Under the pieces are notes generated by a model, which worked only from the letters and a program-made list of their open reading frames with translations, made no database searches and had not been told where the DNA came from. From Octopus vulgaris (taxonomy: Eukaryota), in assembly GCA_951406725.2 (NCBI GenBank), contig OX597832.1, positions 25,296,001 through 25,360,000 on the forward strand: a DNA stretch of 64,000 nt, given 5' to 3'. The first letter of the stretch is position 1; every line of letters begins with the position of its first letter. Both the position numbers and the translations under genes were made by a program. Positions 41,346 to 55,783 of the stretch are shown piece by piece.

Positions 41346-42742
41346 GACGGGCTTCATCCAGTTTCTGTCTACCAAATCCACTCACAAGGCTTTGGTTGGG
41401 CCGAGGCTATAGTAGAAGACACTTGCCTAAGGTGCCACGCAGTAGGATTAAACCTGGAACCATGTAGTTGGGAGCCAAAAGAGAAATAGCTGGTTTCTAA
41501 CCTAGACCCAAAGTTCCTTCACAGGAATTTCAACAACAGGGTATTTTTTATGTATGTATGTATGTATGTATGTATGTTTACAGTGAAGGAAACAAGTGAA
41601 AGGTTTAAATGAAAGAAAAAGATAAAGGAACACATATAACCAGACTGCCCCCTCTCCTTGTGTCATCAGTATTGCTTAAGGGTCAATTGAACTTGCTCCT
41701 ACCCCAACCGCAGCCACACTATCATCATAGGTGAACTAAGAAGGCAAAGGGAGGAAATAAATACCACAAGGTATTGTGTTCTAACAATTCCGACAAACCT
41801 ACCACTTGGGTCCGTATTTAATTTCATCGACCTCTGAAAGGTAAAAAAAACAGGTAGGGGTGGGGATGTTGACCTAGTAGGGATTTGAACTCAGAATGTC
41901 TAATAAAGTGGAACAATTATCGAATTCTAGTAGTTTCGGCGGCTATTGTCAGAATGGTGATGGTGGTGTTGGTGGTCGTGGTCGTGGTGGTCGTGGTCGT
42001 GGTGGTCGTGCCTTTATTCTTATACAAGTTACAAAAAATGCGATTTTAGGGAGATTTGATTGCTATTTCTAGCAGGTCGATCAACTACACATTCGGACCC
42101 TCTTTGGCTCAGATAAATAAATTCTCTCTGACTCTGGTGAATGACGAGTAATTCCCGAGAAGGAGCAGGTAAGTCGATTAGATCGATCCTATATCCGATT
42201 GGTACTTTTGTTTTTATCGATCTCCATAAGGATGGACGGCACAGTTGACTCCGATGCTATTTGAACTTAGAACGTGGAGAGTTGAAACAAATACGGTAAA
42301 GCAATTTTTACTCGTGCTCTAATAATACCGCTACTTCACTGCTTTAATTACTCTTTTACTTGTTTCAGTCATTTGACTGCGGCCATGCTGGAGCACCGCC
42401 TTTAAATCTTTAAACAATACCAGAAATTTATGAGGGGTAAGGATAGTCGATTATATGACTGGTACTGTATCTTTATTTTTTATTTATTTATTTATTTCAG
42501 TTCCGAAAGAATGGACGATAATGTTGAACTCTGCTGAATTCGAACTGGGAATGCAAAGACTCGGGGGCGGTAAACAGAAATTCTGTTGAAGCGCTACAAG
42601 CATCATTTATTTAAGAGAGAAAGATGAGAGTTGAAGATTTGATTGCTATTTCTAGCGGTTGGATCGACCACGTACGAAGATGCACCTTTCTTGGCTCAGG
42701 TGATAAGAGACGATAACGTCAGCGGTCGAGATGATGATGATA

Positions 42743-42778
<36 letters not shown>

Positions 42779-42845
42779 GTAATGATGATAATGATGACGA
42801 TGACGATGATGATAATGACGACGATGATGATGATGATGACGCTGT

Positions 42846-42893
<48 letters not shown>

Positions 42894-43267
42894 CGACGAC
42901 GATGATGATCATGATGATGATGATGACGATGATGATGATGATGATGATGAGGAGGAGGAGGAGGAGGAGGAGGACGATGAAGATGCTGGTGGTGGTCTTG
43001 GTGGTGATAACGGCAATGACGGTGATGATGGAGAGATGACTGCGATGGTTGTGGTGGTTGCGGGGGTGGCGGCGCCGCTGGAGCTGCTAGTGGCGATGGA
43101 GGCGACGCTGATTGCCGCGATTGTTGTGATGGTGACGACGACGACCACCACCACAGAAAATATGTCTGTCTATACGCGTGTATGTGTTTCTGCATAGGAG
43201 TACAACTGCGTCGATGTACGAATATCTGTGTGTGTGTGTGTGTGTGTGTTTGTGTGTGTGTGTGCAC

Positions 43268-43300
<33 letters not shown>

Positions 43301-44999
43301 TGTGTGAGTACACTTGTGTGTATAAGCATGTGTGTGTATCAGTTTGTGTGTTGAATGATAAGGCAAACGGTGTGAGGGTGCGCAATGAGGGGGTGGGAAT
43401 AGTGTAGGGTAGTGTGACAGAGAGAGAGAGGTGGAGAAATGGGGAGGAGGAAGAGGAGGAAGAGGAGGAGGAGGAGAAAGAAAAACAGAAGCGCAGCAGA
43501 AGAAGCGTGAACGTCTGAAAGGCCAATCAATAGTACTTTCGCTATTGCACCGAAGCCCCGACGCCATATGTTGGGATCCCACGGCGACCAGAAAGAGGAA
43601 GCTGGGTAGATAGGGCGCTAATGCTCGCCGGTGGTGGAAGGGTTGGGCAGGAGGGCAGCGGTGCTGTTGTTGTTGTTGTTGTTGTTGTTTATGGAAAGAG
43701 AGGGAGTGATGGAGGGAGGGAAGAAGAGAGAAAGTTAGAGAGACAGACAGAGGTAAATAGATAAGGAGAGAGACAGAGACAGAGAGAAAGAAGGAGAGGA
43801 AGACAGGACGATAGAGATGGGGAGAGAGAGAGAGAAAATAAGGAAAGAGAGAAAAAAGAAAGAGAGAACAAAACGCCATGCAAAAGAAGGAAGGGAGAGA
43901 GAGACGTGCTTGACCGTGTGAGAGACAGAGATATAAATATATAGACAAAGAGAGGGAGAGAAATAGAAAGAGAGAAGAGAGAAGGAGAGAAAGAGAGAGA
44001 AAGACAGACAGCCGGATGGACGGACTGAGAGACTGTGAGATGGGTAGATAGATGAAGTGGTGGAGAGACATGGCATAGACGGAGAGAAAGAGAGATAGAG
44101 AGACAGGCAGAGGAGGAGAAAGACAGAAAGAATAAGTGAAAGAGAAAAGGAGGGGGGGATGAAGAATGTAGAAAAACGTGAAAAAAGTGGGGAGTAACAA
44201 AAAGAAAGGATAGAACTAAAGAGCAATCTTTTTTTCCTCCCTATCTCTCTACAGCACTCTCTCCTTTTCTTTCTCCATTCTCTCTCTCTTTCTCCCTGTC
44301 ATTCATCTTTCTCTTTCTCTCTGTGTCTGTCTCTCTGTCTCCCTTTTTCTCTCTGTCATTCGTTTCTCTCTCCCAATCTATCTGTCTTCTCTCTCTCTGT
44401 CTCTCTTGCTTTCTCTCTGTCTCTGTCTCTCTCTCGCTTTCTCTCTCTCTGTCTCTCTCTCTCGCTTTCTCTCTCTCTCCCTGTATCTGTGTGAGTGTAA
44501 GGAAGCATGTGCGTGTGTGGTTTTGGTGTATGTGTGTATTAGTGTGTATGACTATGAATGTGCGCGTGTTCGTGTATGGAAATGTATATGTGTGTGCTTG
44601 GTGTCAGTGTGTGAATGTATGGAAACATATTTATGTGTGTGCGCGTGTGTGTGTGTGTGTATGAGTGTCTATGTGCGCGTGTGCGTCTATGAAAGTGTAT
44701 GTGTGTGTGTGCGTGTGTGAATGTATAGAAACATGTGTATGTGGGTGTGCGTGCATGGAAGTGTATGTGTGTTTGTTTTGAATATGAATGTATGGAAGCA
44801 TGTGCGCGCGTGTGTGTGTGCGTGTGTGTGTGTGTGTGAACGCGCGCGTGCGCGAGGCCAGCGATTAAGCAAACTGCTCTGATAATCTCCTGTTAAGTCA
44901 GGAGAATGAATTGTTGACGTTATGCTGTTGTTGTTGTAGTTGTTGTCAATGTCATTATTAGTTTTTGTTTGTTTTTCTTTTGCTTTTCAGACTCAATTC

Positions 45000-45034
<35 letters not shown>

Positions 45035-45676
45035 ACTATTGTTGTAGTCCTTCATAGTGTTGCTCTTGCTAATGTTGTCATTACTATTATTGATGTTGCT
45101 GTTGTTGTTGTTGTTGTTTGTTTGTTTTGTCCCTGTTTCTATTGCGAATATATTTTGTTGTTATTATTGTTGTTATTATCGTTTTTTTTATATTGTTGTT
45201 GTTGTTGTTGTTTGTATCATTCATGTTATTGATGCTGTCATTGTTGTTGTCATTTTTGTTGTTGAAGTTAGCGAACTGACAGAATCTTTAACACGCCGGA
45301 CAAAATGCTAAACATCATTTCGTCCGACTTTACGTTCTCAGCTCAAGTTCCTCCCAGGTCGACTTTGCCTTTCATCCTTTCGGGTTCGATAAATTAAGTA
45401 CCAGTTGTGTACAGAGGTCGATATAATCGACTTAATCCGTTTGTCTGTCCTTGTTTGTCCCCTTTGTGTGTAGCCCCTTGTGGGTAGTAAAGAAATAGGT
45501 ATTTCGTCTGCCGCTACGTTCAGGGTTCAAATTCCGCCGGGGTCGACTTTGCCTTTCATCCTTTCGGGGTCGATAAATTAAGTACCAGTTGTGTACAGGG
45601 GTCGATGTAATCGATTTAATCCGTTTGTCTCTCCTTGTTTGTTTCCTCTGTATTTAGCCCCTTGTGGGTAGTAAAG

Positions 45677-46107
45677 CACATATGGATGCGAGACCTGGAC
45701 ACTAAAGAAAGCTGACCAGAAGAGAATTAATGCATTCGAGCTTTGGTGTTGGAGAAGACTTTTACGGATTCCATGGACAGCGAGGCTCACCATTGGAGAA
45801 GTTCTTAAGCAGATAAGGCCGAAAATGTCGCTAGAAGCTAGGATCACCAATCATAGATTGGCATATTTCGGTCATATTATGCGGAGAAAATCCCTGGAGA
45901 AGGACATCATGCTCGGAATGGTCAGTGGCAAGAGAGGAAGAGGCCGACCAAGAAACCACTGGCTTGACACCATCAAGAGTGATACCGGAATAGCCAATCT
46001 GAAAGAAGCGGCCCAGGATAGAACTGACTGGAGGACACTGATCCAACGAGTGACCGAGAGTCGACTTCGACTGAGCGGTTAGAGAGAGAGAGAAAGAGAG
46101 GGGTGGT
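45677..46107 (+). mobile_element. 5'-truncated RTE (BovB-like) LINE inserted into a family A SINE
   Basis: Open frame YGCETWTLKKADQKRINAFELWCWRRLLRIPW...GKRGRGRPRNHWLDTI...RLRLSG*, an (AG)n tail, and a TSD GGTAGTAAAG at 45667-45676 and 46108-46117. Confidence 0.9.
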
Positions 46108-46519
46108 GGTAGTAAAGAAATAGGTATTTCGCCCGTTGCTCCGGTCTAAGTTCAAATGCTAGAGGTAAGATGGAGCTGTTTGTGGTAATAATAGTGGTGA
46201 TGGTGGCGCCGATGATGGTCATGACAGTTGTGGTGGTGGTGGTAGTAGTAGCGAAGGTGGCCGGGGTCGGGATGACGGAGGTGGGGTTGTGATCATCATA
46301 CCTTCCTCTTTGCGTGATATACTATTCAAATTTCGGTATTGTTTCCACATATGAGTTCAAATTCTGCCGAGATCAACTTTGCCTTTTATCCTTTCGAAGT
46401 CGATAAATTAAGAACCAGTTATGTACTCGGGTCGATCTAATCAACTGCCCCCTCCCCACAAAATCACGGGCCTTTTGCCTAGAGCAGAAAAGGCTATTTT
46501 CCCACATGTACATTCGCTC

Positions 46520-47930
46520 ACACTATCACCACCATATATAAAATGTATACACACATATAAGAGAACAAAGTGAAAAAGGGGAAAAATGAGAAAAAAATGC
46601 AAAATTTCGATCAAAAGGGATCGGGGACAAAAACAGACGATCAAGAGGGATCGTGTATCACAGAAGAATTTTTAAAATGTAAAAAGCAAGATTAGGTTTA
46701 TCCGTGGAAAGAAATGCCTACAGAAAAGACCACGGTAACCTCAGGCAGGGAGGGAATAAACACATGAGAGCAAAGTACTCTCTCTCCCTCTTTTTACGAT
46801 TTACAGGATCATGTTCAAAGTGGTTTCGTCACACACACCATCTTTGCTACATTCACCCACCTTTTTTTTTAAACTTTCACGAGGCAGAACCTGCCTCTCC
46901 ATTTTCACCTTCCTTTTCAAGTGGTACTTGAAAATGTAGATGAACAATTAGCTAGAGAGGTAAGTGTTTGTCTCTAATCCTTTCGCTCAAGTCCAACCCA
47001 CACATGCTTTCACCATGGCCACCAGTATGATGAAGACTGCCTTGCCTTTCCGGTTGAGAGAAGGTGGCGAAGCAATTGTCACGATAGACTCGGTCGACAG
47101 GCGGACTCGTCCCACACGTGACAGCACAAGCCCACAGGTCCGAAATGGCTGGACACTGCATGAGTGCGTGCAGAGTGGTTTCGTCGCTCTGACTCCATCT
47201 CGGGCAAGTCGGTCCGGTGCGTCTCGAACCGTGCCAGTAGAGCTTATCCCGAACAGGTAATGCTTCTCGATAGCACTACCAGGCCAGGGATCTTTGGTGA
47301 TTGTCCATAGGTCCCGGCCCGAAATTTGTCCTGAACAGACGGGTCAGATGTTCCTCGTCGACGCCCAGATTCTGCCCGAGAACGTTGTCGCACCTCCCCT
47401 CCACTAATCCACTATAGAACGCCTTTGTTGTAATGGTGTCGCACAAGTTTAATCCCGGACGGCAGAGTTGCTTGAGAACAACTCGACACTCGTGGTACCA
47501 TTCGCCTAGCTTCGGTCTCTGTTTGATCCACGACTGCAGTTCAGCCAAGGAGACGAGCTGCGGCAAAGTGCGCCGCACAAAAGGCGACCATACTTGTTCA
47601 CCGCCGTCTATGAAGTGCCGGAAATGTCGCAGTCTCAGCGCATGTCTGCGCATCATCAACCACGGCATGCCCAGCCCTCCATTTAGCGGGTGATGACAGA
47701 AAATGGATCACCTAACCATCGGAACGCTTCCCTTCCACAAGAAGCGGAAGAGTATGCGTTCCAGTTTGGTGATTGTAGGGTCGGGACAAGGCACGATGGT
47801 AAGACGGTACTCGATGACAGATGCGATGTACGCGTTCGCCACCTCTGCCCGACCTTTTAGGGTAGCTTCCTCTGAGCCCATTGCTGGGTGAGGTGGCCAC
47901 CCTAGTCGTTATTTTGCCCCAGTTCTTCTG
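46520..47930 (-). mobile_element. 5'-truncated Tx1/L1-clade LINE (ORF2 C-terminus, disrupted)
   Basis: Reads LKGRAEVANAYIASV..RFLWKG..PLNGGLGMP..ALPVRDKL..ETTLHALMQC, with stops and frameshifts. The 5' junction abuts (TATC)n. Confidence 0.85.
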
Positions 47931-48629
47931 ACAGATATACAGATAGACAGACTGGCAGATAGATAGATAGATAGATAGATACATACATAGCTACATAGAT
48001 AGATATATATATATTACTGGAGTATATGCGTATAAATATTCTTATGTATGTGTTCTGTGTATGGTTGCGAGTGTGGATGTACGGATCGATGAATGGTTAT
48101 GCACAGAATGAGAGATACATAAGATTTTATCGACAAATATGTAATTTTATATCCGTACTAATGTAAAATAATGGAAGCACTAATCACGAATTCAGATATA
48201 CGAAGATAACACACGTACGCACACACGCACGCACACAAAGCACACACAGTCATATATATATAGACATACATAATTATAAATACACACAAAGATATGCGAA
48301 GATATGTATACACATGCCTGTATTCATTTATACAACAATATACACATACATACACTCACGCAAATAGCTAAATGCTCCAACTTTCTAAACCGGAAAATAT
48401 AGACGATTGTTCAATAAGAACAAAGTTTGAAGAAGAACTATTTAGCCGAAAACTGAAGCTGTGGAATACAAAGCGGCGAATATCGAAATGACAAATGATT
48501 AGACAATAAGTGAACAGCGGAATTACCGGAAATGCGTCATCAGCCTCCTCAGAAAACAGCGAAAAGATTGGCCACACGCATGCATACATACATACATTCA
48601 TAAATGCATACATACAGATATACGTACAT

Positions 48630-48670
<41 letters not shown>

Positions 48671-49632
48671 CATATATATATACATATATATACATATATA
48701 CATATATACATATATATATACATATATATATATATATTTACACACACACACACACATATATATATACATATATATACATATATATATACATATATATATA
48801 TACATATATATATACATATATATATATATATAATATATATATATATAATATATACATACATTCATACATATATATATATATATATATATATGCATATGTA
48901 TATATATTCATATATATGTGTATGTGCGTTGTGTGTGTGTGTGTATGCATACATGTATGTATATATATTAAGTGTATCGATAAGATAAAATAAGCTACCG
49001 CCATATTAAGTGTAAGTTCAAATGTCTTGAAATTGCTTAGCGGTTAACCTTTGAGGTATAGTGGCAGTGATGTGGGGGTGTGGGTGGTTGTGTTGGTGCG
49101 GAAATGGTGGGGGCGGTAGTGGCGGCTTCGTTGGTGATGTTGTTGTTGTTGGTATTGGTATTGTTAGTGGTGTTGGTAGCGGTGGTAGTGGTGATTGTTC
49201 TAGTTGTGATGTTAGTAACGTGTTGGTGGATGTGTCACGTGTGCTGCGGTGGCGGCGGTGTTGCCGTTGTAGCTAATATTGCGATTCTTATTAGGAGGAG
49301 GAAGAGATGGAGGAGGAGGAGGAGGAGGAGGAGGAGAAGGAGAAGGAGGAGGAGGAGGAGAAGAATAAGGAGAAGGAGGAGGAGGAGAGGAGGAGGAGGA
49401 GGAGGAGGAGGAGGAGGAGGAGAAGAAGGAGAAGGAGGAGGAAGAGGAGGAGGAGAAGACTGGCAGCTTACGTACACACAACCACCCACACTCCCACATA
49501 TGAGATATGCATTTACGTATTGTATTTTGCTATATGTCTTTTAGTCCTACCCTCTCTCTTTCTTTCTCTCATTCTCTCGCTGTCTCTCATTCTATCTCTG
49601 TCTCTCATTCTCTCTCTCCTTCACTCTCTCAA

Positions 49633-49664
<32 letters not shown>

Positions 49665-50071
49665 CACGAGCATGTGGGTTTAGATGGATGGATTGATGGA
49701 TGTGGAGTTGCATGGTTCAAAAAGTGTTGCGCTTATGAACGTAAAATTTATGGTTTCGATTCCTGAACAGCGTGATGAATTATGTTCTTGAGCAAGTCAC
49801 TTCATTCATCGTAGCTACAGTCCACTTAGATGTCAAAAAGGAGTCATCTCACGATGGACTGGCGTCCCATTCATGGAATTTATACCCCAGCAGAAAGCGA
49901 GAAATCGGCCTTAAGATCTTATGGATCTGATGCATAAATAGAGTCTGAAAGATTGCTTTAAAATACATGGCGTATTTTATGAATATGTCTGCTCAAGTAT
50001 CATAATAGCATGAAACTATTAGTAGATTGTGTATTCAATTTGACCCGTATAATATAATATAATATAATATA

Positions 50072-50120
<49 letters not shown>

Positions 50121-50241
50121 TATATTAAATTAGAGACAAAACCACTATTAGGCAAATCAAACAATGAAAGACTTAAGCCAATACATAAATTAATTTATAT
50201 TATTTAAATATGTAACAATTATTAAAAAATATAATTAATAT

Positions 50242-50304
50242 CCACTACGATCGTTTCCTAGCTGCTGTCATCAAATTTTTGAGTCGCAGTCATTCATCAG
50301 GTGG
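50242..50304 (-). ncRNA. type I hammerhead ribozyme motif
   Basis: Reads CCAC-CUGAUGA-[stem II with CUGC/GCAG and UCAA/UUGA; base imperfect]-GAAA-CGAUCGU-A-GUGG. Stem I is perfect, stem III is the palindrome ACGAUCGU and the triplet is GUA. Confidence 0.75.
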
Positions 50305-50341
50305 TTTCAAAATTTTCTTGGCGAGTTTTAAACAATGAACA

Positions 50342-50400
<59 letters not shown>

Positions 50401-50404
<4 letters not shown>

Positions 50405-50695
50405 TATGCATTTATGGGTACAGGACGTCCCCAACAGTGAACAACCTGAAATGCGAAAAGAAATGAGTTCAATATGCAAATAACAAGAGAAACATGGAAA
50501 ACAGCATAAAGAACGACTCTGCTCGAAATGAGGAGTTGACAGACAGCCGACAACTGATGAAGGGTCGTTCTTTGTGTTACTTGTTCTGCTTTCTACTTGT
50601 TTCTCTCGCTGTTTGCGTATTTATTGAACTCATTTTTTTCGTGTTTCATGTTGTTTACTGTTGGTGACATCTTGTACCCATATATGCATATGTAT
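50401..50695. mobile_element. fold-back/MITE-like element with long imperfect inverted repeats, embedded in (TA)n
   Basis: Arms at about 50401-50520 and 50561-50695, for example catatgcatttatgggtacagga / tcttgtacccatatatgcatatg and aaagaacgactct / agggtcgttcttt. Confidence 0.7.
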
Positions 50696-50697
50696 AA

Positions 50698-50754
<57 letters not shown>

Positions 50755-50873
50755 TACATACATACATACTTACATACATACATATATACATACATAGAGT
50801 CAGACGATTAGAAACTTATTTATCAAATGAGTAAAATATTAGGTATATATACAGTCAGAACGAGACAGATAGG

Positions 50874-50970
<97 letters not shown>

Positions 50971-51124
50971 GGATAGAAGGATAGATAGAGAGAGAGAGAT
51001 CGCTAAATAAAATGACAGAATGATAGAATGACAGCTAGGTAAGTATATAAGTAGAACGATAGAGAGACAGGCGAACCAATAGAAAGATAAATAGGTACGC
51101 CATTATTGATTTATACGGATATAC

Positions 51125-51205
<81 letters not shown>

Positions 51206-51763
51206 CATATTCACACACATACACACGTTTATATCAAATTATATGCATATGTAGCAGAGAGGTGACGGGTGTGAGAGAGGACTTTGTGGCAATCAGTCAG
51301 TCGGCCAGATAGATAGATCAACGTTGATTTGACCAAGAAGCCCGCAGTGGCTTATTTACGTTTCGTTAGAAGTCCCCAAACATGAAAGAACAACCAAGAT
51401 GGCGGCCTTGTTTTGATGATAAAAGACTGGCATTGTAAATGACATTTTGAAACGTAAAGAAGACTAAGATTATCTAAAGAGTTTTAGGTGTTTGCCTTCT
51501 TCGTACCTCTGACAAACTATTCCAGTTCAAAGATCCACAAAGGCTCTTCTTCTCTCATTAAGTGAAAATTAAATGTTGGCTCGGTTTTTCTCTGAGCTAA
51601 AGAATTTTGTAGAGGACTTGTCTTTTCTCACTACTGGTTATACGGTATGTGTCCTTCCCATTTCTGTGTGTGTACAAGTATACATACATACTTACATACA
51701 TACATGCATACATACATACATACATAAATACATACATACATAAATACATACATACATACATAG

Positions 51764-51823
<60 letters not shown>

Positions 51824-51910
51824 CCGGAGTAAACACATAAATGTGAAACAAGGTGGAAAAAAGAGTACTCAAATACCAGTGGTAGAGTAATATGCTTTAT
51901 TTTAAGCAGC

Positions 51911-52047
51911 AGAAAATTCAACAAAATATGTTACTCTGAGTTTCTCGTTGCCGTTCATCAGACAGTTTATATCAGTTCCATTCTAACAAAAACTGTCTGA
52001 TGAACGGCAACGAGAAACTCAGAGTAACAGATTTTGTTGAATTTTCT
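51911..52047. mobile_element. inverted pair of hammerhead-bearing ends (Penelope-type inverted pseudo-LTR)
   Basis: 58-nt arms (51911-51968 / 51990-52047) with 1 mismatch. The plus-strand HHR reads CUGU-CUGAUGA-ACG-GCAA-CGA-GAAA-CUC-A-GAGU-A-ACAG (51993-52030). The minus-strand copy continues to AATAAA and ends at (TA)n near 51820. Confidence 0.75.
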
Positions 52048-52099
52048 ATATATATATATATTTATCCACACATATATATATATATATATTGATAGATTC

Positions 52100-52167
<68 letters not shown>

Positions 52168-52847
52168 GGATAGATAGAACTACGGTCGATCTAATCGACT
52201 TAATCCATTTGTCTGTCCTTGTTTGTCCTCTCTGTGTTTAGCCTCTTGTGGGTAGTAAAGAAATAGGTATTTCGTCTGTCGCAACGTTGAGAGTTCAAAT
52301 TCCGTCGTGGTCGACTTTGCCTTTCATTCTTTCGGTGTCGATAAATAAAGTACCAGTTACGAACTGCGGTCGATCTAATCGACTGGCCTACTTCCCCAAA
52401 ATTTCGGGCCTTGCGCCTAGAGTTGAAGAGATTATTTACAAGGACTTAAATTTGAGCGGGGAGAGAGGAAAAGTTGATTACATCGACCCCAGTTCACAAC
52501 TGGTACTGATGTTATCGATCGCGAAGGATTGAAAAGCAAAGTCGACTACGATAGAAATTGAACGTAAAGTCGGACGAAATGCCGCTAAGCATTTTTTTCG
52601 GCGTACAAAAGATTCGGGCAGCTCGCTGCCTTTACTCTTTTACTCTTTACTCCTTTACTTGTTTCGGTCATTTGACTGCGGCCATGCTGGAGCACCGCCT
52701 TTAGTCGAGCATATCGACCCCAGGACTTATTCTTTGTAAGCCTAGTACTTATTCTATCTGTCTCTTTTGCCGAACCGCTAGATTACGCGACGCAAATACA
52801 CCATCGGTTGTCAAGCGATGTTGCGGATTTCAAACACAGGCACACAA

Positions 52848-52888
<41 letters not shown>

Positions 52889-52913
52889 CATACATACACA
52901 TACACACACACAT

Positions 52914-52952
<39 letters not shown>

Positions 52953-53559
52953 CATATGTACGACGAGCTTCTTTCAGTTTCCATCTACCAAATGCACTCA
53001 CAAGGTTTTGGTCGGCCCGAGGCTATAGTAGAAGACACTTGCCATAGGTGCCACGTAGTGGGGATGAACCCGGAACCATGTGGTTGGTAAGAATGCTATT
53101 TACCATACAGCCAACAAAATTATTTTGCTAATAACTAATAAAAACAAAAACAAGAGTGGTGGCATCAATAACAACTGCAGTAGTAACTAGCACCGAAGTT
53201 AACAACAACAAGAACAACTTAAAGAGGAAAACGGACCCACGAGGAAGAGCAGGAGCGAAGAATAAGAATTATAATGGCGAAAACAAAATGGCAACAACAA
53301 CGGAAAGGCCGTCCGGAAGCTGCATCTATTTGCGATGGATGCATGAATGTTATTTGGTTCCAAGTATGGATTTTCCTATGAAGTCGCATTGAGGACATTG
53401 ATGATTTTGATTCTGCCTGGAATTGGACAAATATGTCTGTTGATCTTAGGATATACTTCTTTGCTGAGATGCAACATGACACATTTTATACCGCTCAGAT
53501 CGACCTAGGCAATAACTTATCCAAAATGCTCCATTAAGCAGTAGAGAACTTAGCAATTA

Positions 53560-54180
53560 TTTCAATTTATCTTTATATCTTACCAGGGGTCTTACTTCAC
53601 CTTTGGAATTCTCCTGCTTATTGTTTATACAAAACTTGCATTCGAACAACCTATTCCTCCCATCTGCAGTGAATTCTCAACAGCAAGTCTTTGATACTGG
53701 AGATATCACATCTTTCTAAAGTTTTGACATTTGATATCTTATCTTGCCATTTTCTTGCAAATGTTGTGCAGACAGCACATGTAGAAGGTTTCAAATTTCT
53801 TTATATGTCTGTAATAGGGGGTCTATGCTTCTGCCCCATACAAAAGTGTGCTCAAAATACAAGATTTAAATACGGCTTCTCTTAGATGCTAGACTGACAC
53901 CGTGTTCATCCAAAAGCGATCGGAAAGTTTTCCAAAAGCATTTGTAGCCTTAGATATTCTAACATTGATTTCGTCATCAGGAGCACTCTTAAAATTTACT
54001 GTACTTCCATGATGCTTAAATGACCAGAACCATTTGAGTGGCTTCTTGTCAATCCTCACATTTGTATCTTGAGTATGTTCTGCCCCAGGTTTTGGTTGGA
54101 ATAAAACTTCAGTCTTCTTGGCACTGATATTCAGCCCATTTGCATGAGCCACCGTACAAACCTGTCACCTGTTTCCTGAA
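53560..54180 (-). pseudogene. decayed RTE-type LINE reverse transcriptase fragment
   Basis: Reads GLNISAKKTEVLFQPKPG...FKHHGSTV...DDEINVRISKATNAFGKLSDRFW. Confidence 0.8.
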
Positions 54181-54199
54181 TTCTTTTAAACGAATGCAG

Positions 54200-54740
54200 T
54201 ACCAGGCAGTGGCTCTCGTGGGTTTTGATCTTAACTGATTGGAAGTGTCACCATGTACATTCTTCTGTCTTGGTATAAAAGATGGGCTACAGTAAATATT
54301 CTGCTCAATACCACAGATTTACTTCTCAGTTGTGTGACCTTAACCAGTTGATCATGTCCCTTAGTGGCTGACGATATGTGCATCTCTGATCACAAGCAGA
54401 AGTAGTGGGGGAGCATCATAGCCATGTGTTGAGAGGGATTCTTTGGGGTTTGAATGATTCACCTCTGGAATCATGTGAGTTTCGTTCAACATCTTTAAAC
54501 AACCCTTATTCAGGGACCTTTTGAGCAGGATGGGCTACTCGACCAGAGGAAAATTCTAACTGGGCCCCACCAGCAAGGTGGTGTGCTGTTTACCTTGATA
54601 TGAGATCACCATGTCGCGCACATATGGTTGTGATGCATGTGCCTGGTGTACCCTTATCAGACGGGTAGTCATGATGGGTATACTCGGCTTCGTATATTTT
54701 ACCCCAGGTCGCTTTGATGGCATGCATGCTCTCACGCATG

Positions 54741-54773
<33 letters not shown>

Positions 54774-54785
54774 GTAGCAGTAGTA

Positions 54786-54836
<51 letters not shown>

Positions 54837-54854
54837 GTAGTAGTAGTAGTAGTA

Positions 54855-54898
<44 letters not shown>

Positions 54899-54900
54899 GG
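54200..54900 (+). mobile_element. unclassified non-LTR-like repeat ending in an (AAT)n tail
   Basis: About 540 nt of non-coding, GC-balanced sequence directly followed by (AAT/AGT)n. The family could not be determined here. Confidence 0.4.
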
Positions 54901-55352
54901 CGAAACAAAAAAGGTTAGTATAATGACATTGTGAGTAGCAAATAACGAAAAGCAGCAATAAACATCACAACAACAACAACAGAAAAACAAACTACAAACA
55001 AAAACAATTTAAGAAGGTTTTATATTGATGTGATATTGCTATTTAGAAGGTACGGGTTCAATCGGAAGTATATCCATTAAGATAAATGATAACGCCTAGG
55101 GTAAAATTGTTAACAACTGGATTTCATTCTGTAGAAATATTGGGAAAATCTATCGTTGTTTAGCATTAACATTCGGGATTCTCTCGGTTTTAATACAATT
55201 CTCTGACTGATTGTGCGGGCGTCTGTGTGCGCACGTGAGTGTGTGTGTGTGTGCGTGCGCACGCTAGTATATGTGCGTATATACAAGTAAAAATTATACA
55301 TACTCACACACATATGAACATATGTACGTATGCATGTATACATGCTTTTATA

Positions 55353-55388
<36 letters not shown>

Positions 55389-55392
55389 CATA

Positions 55393-55407
55393 TATATATT
55401 ATATATA

Positions 55408-55439
<32 letters not shown>

Positions 55440-55552
55440 AATGCATACATATACATATATATAATAAATATATGTATATGTGTATATATATATATATATA
55501 TTATATGCATATGTGTATATATAAATATATATTTTTGTATTATATATGTATG

Positions 55553-55598
<46 letters not shown>

Positions 55599-55659
55599 TT
55601 TTAACTTCAAATAATTGAATACAACTTGGCAGTATGAATATAATCAGTACACACAAACA

Positions 55660-55735
<76 letters not shown>

Positions 55736-55750
55736 CATATACATATATCG

Positions 55751-55783
<33 letters not shown>

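Noticed and set aside
50553-50575. CTGATGA inside the fold-back element
   Set aside because: There is no downstream GAAA or stem III, so it is not an HHR.
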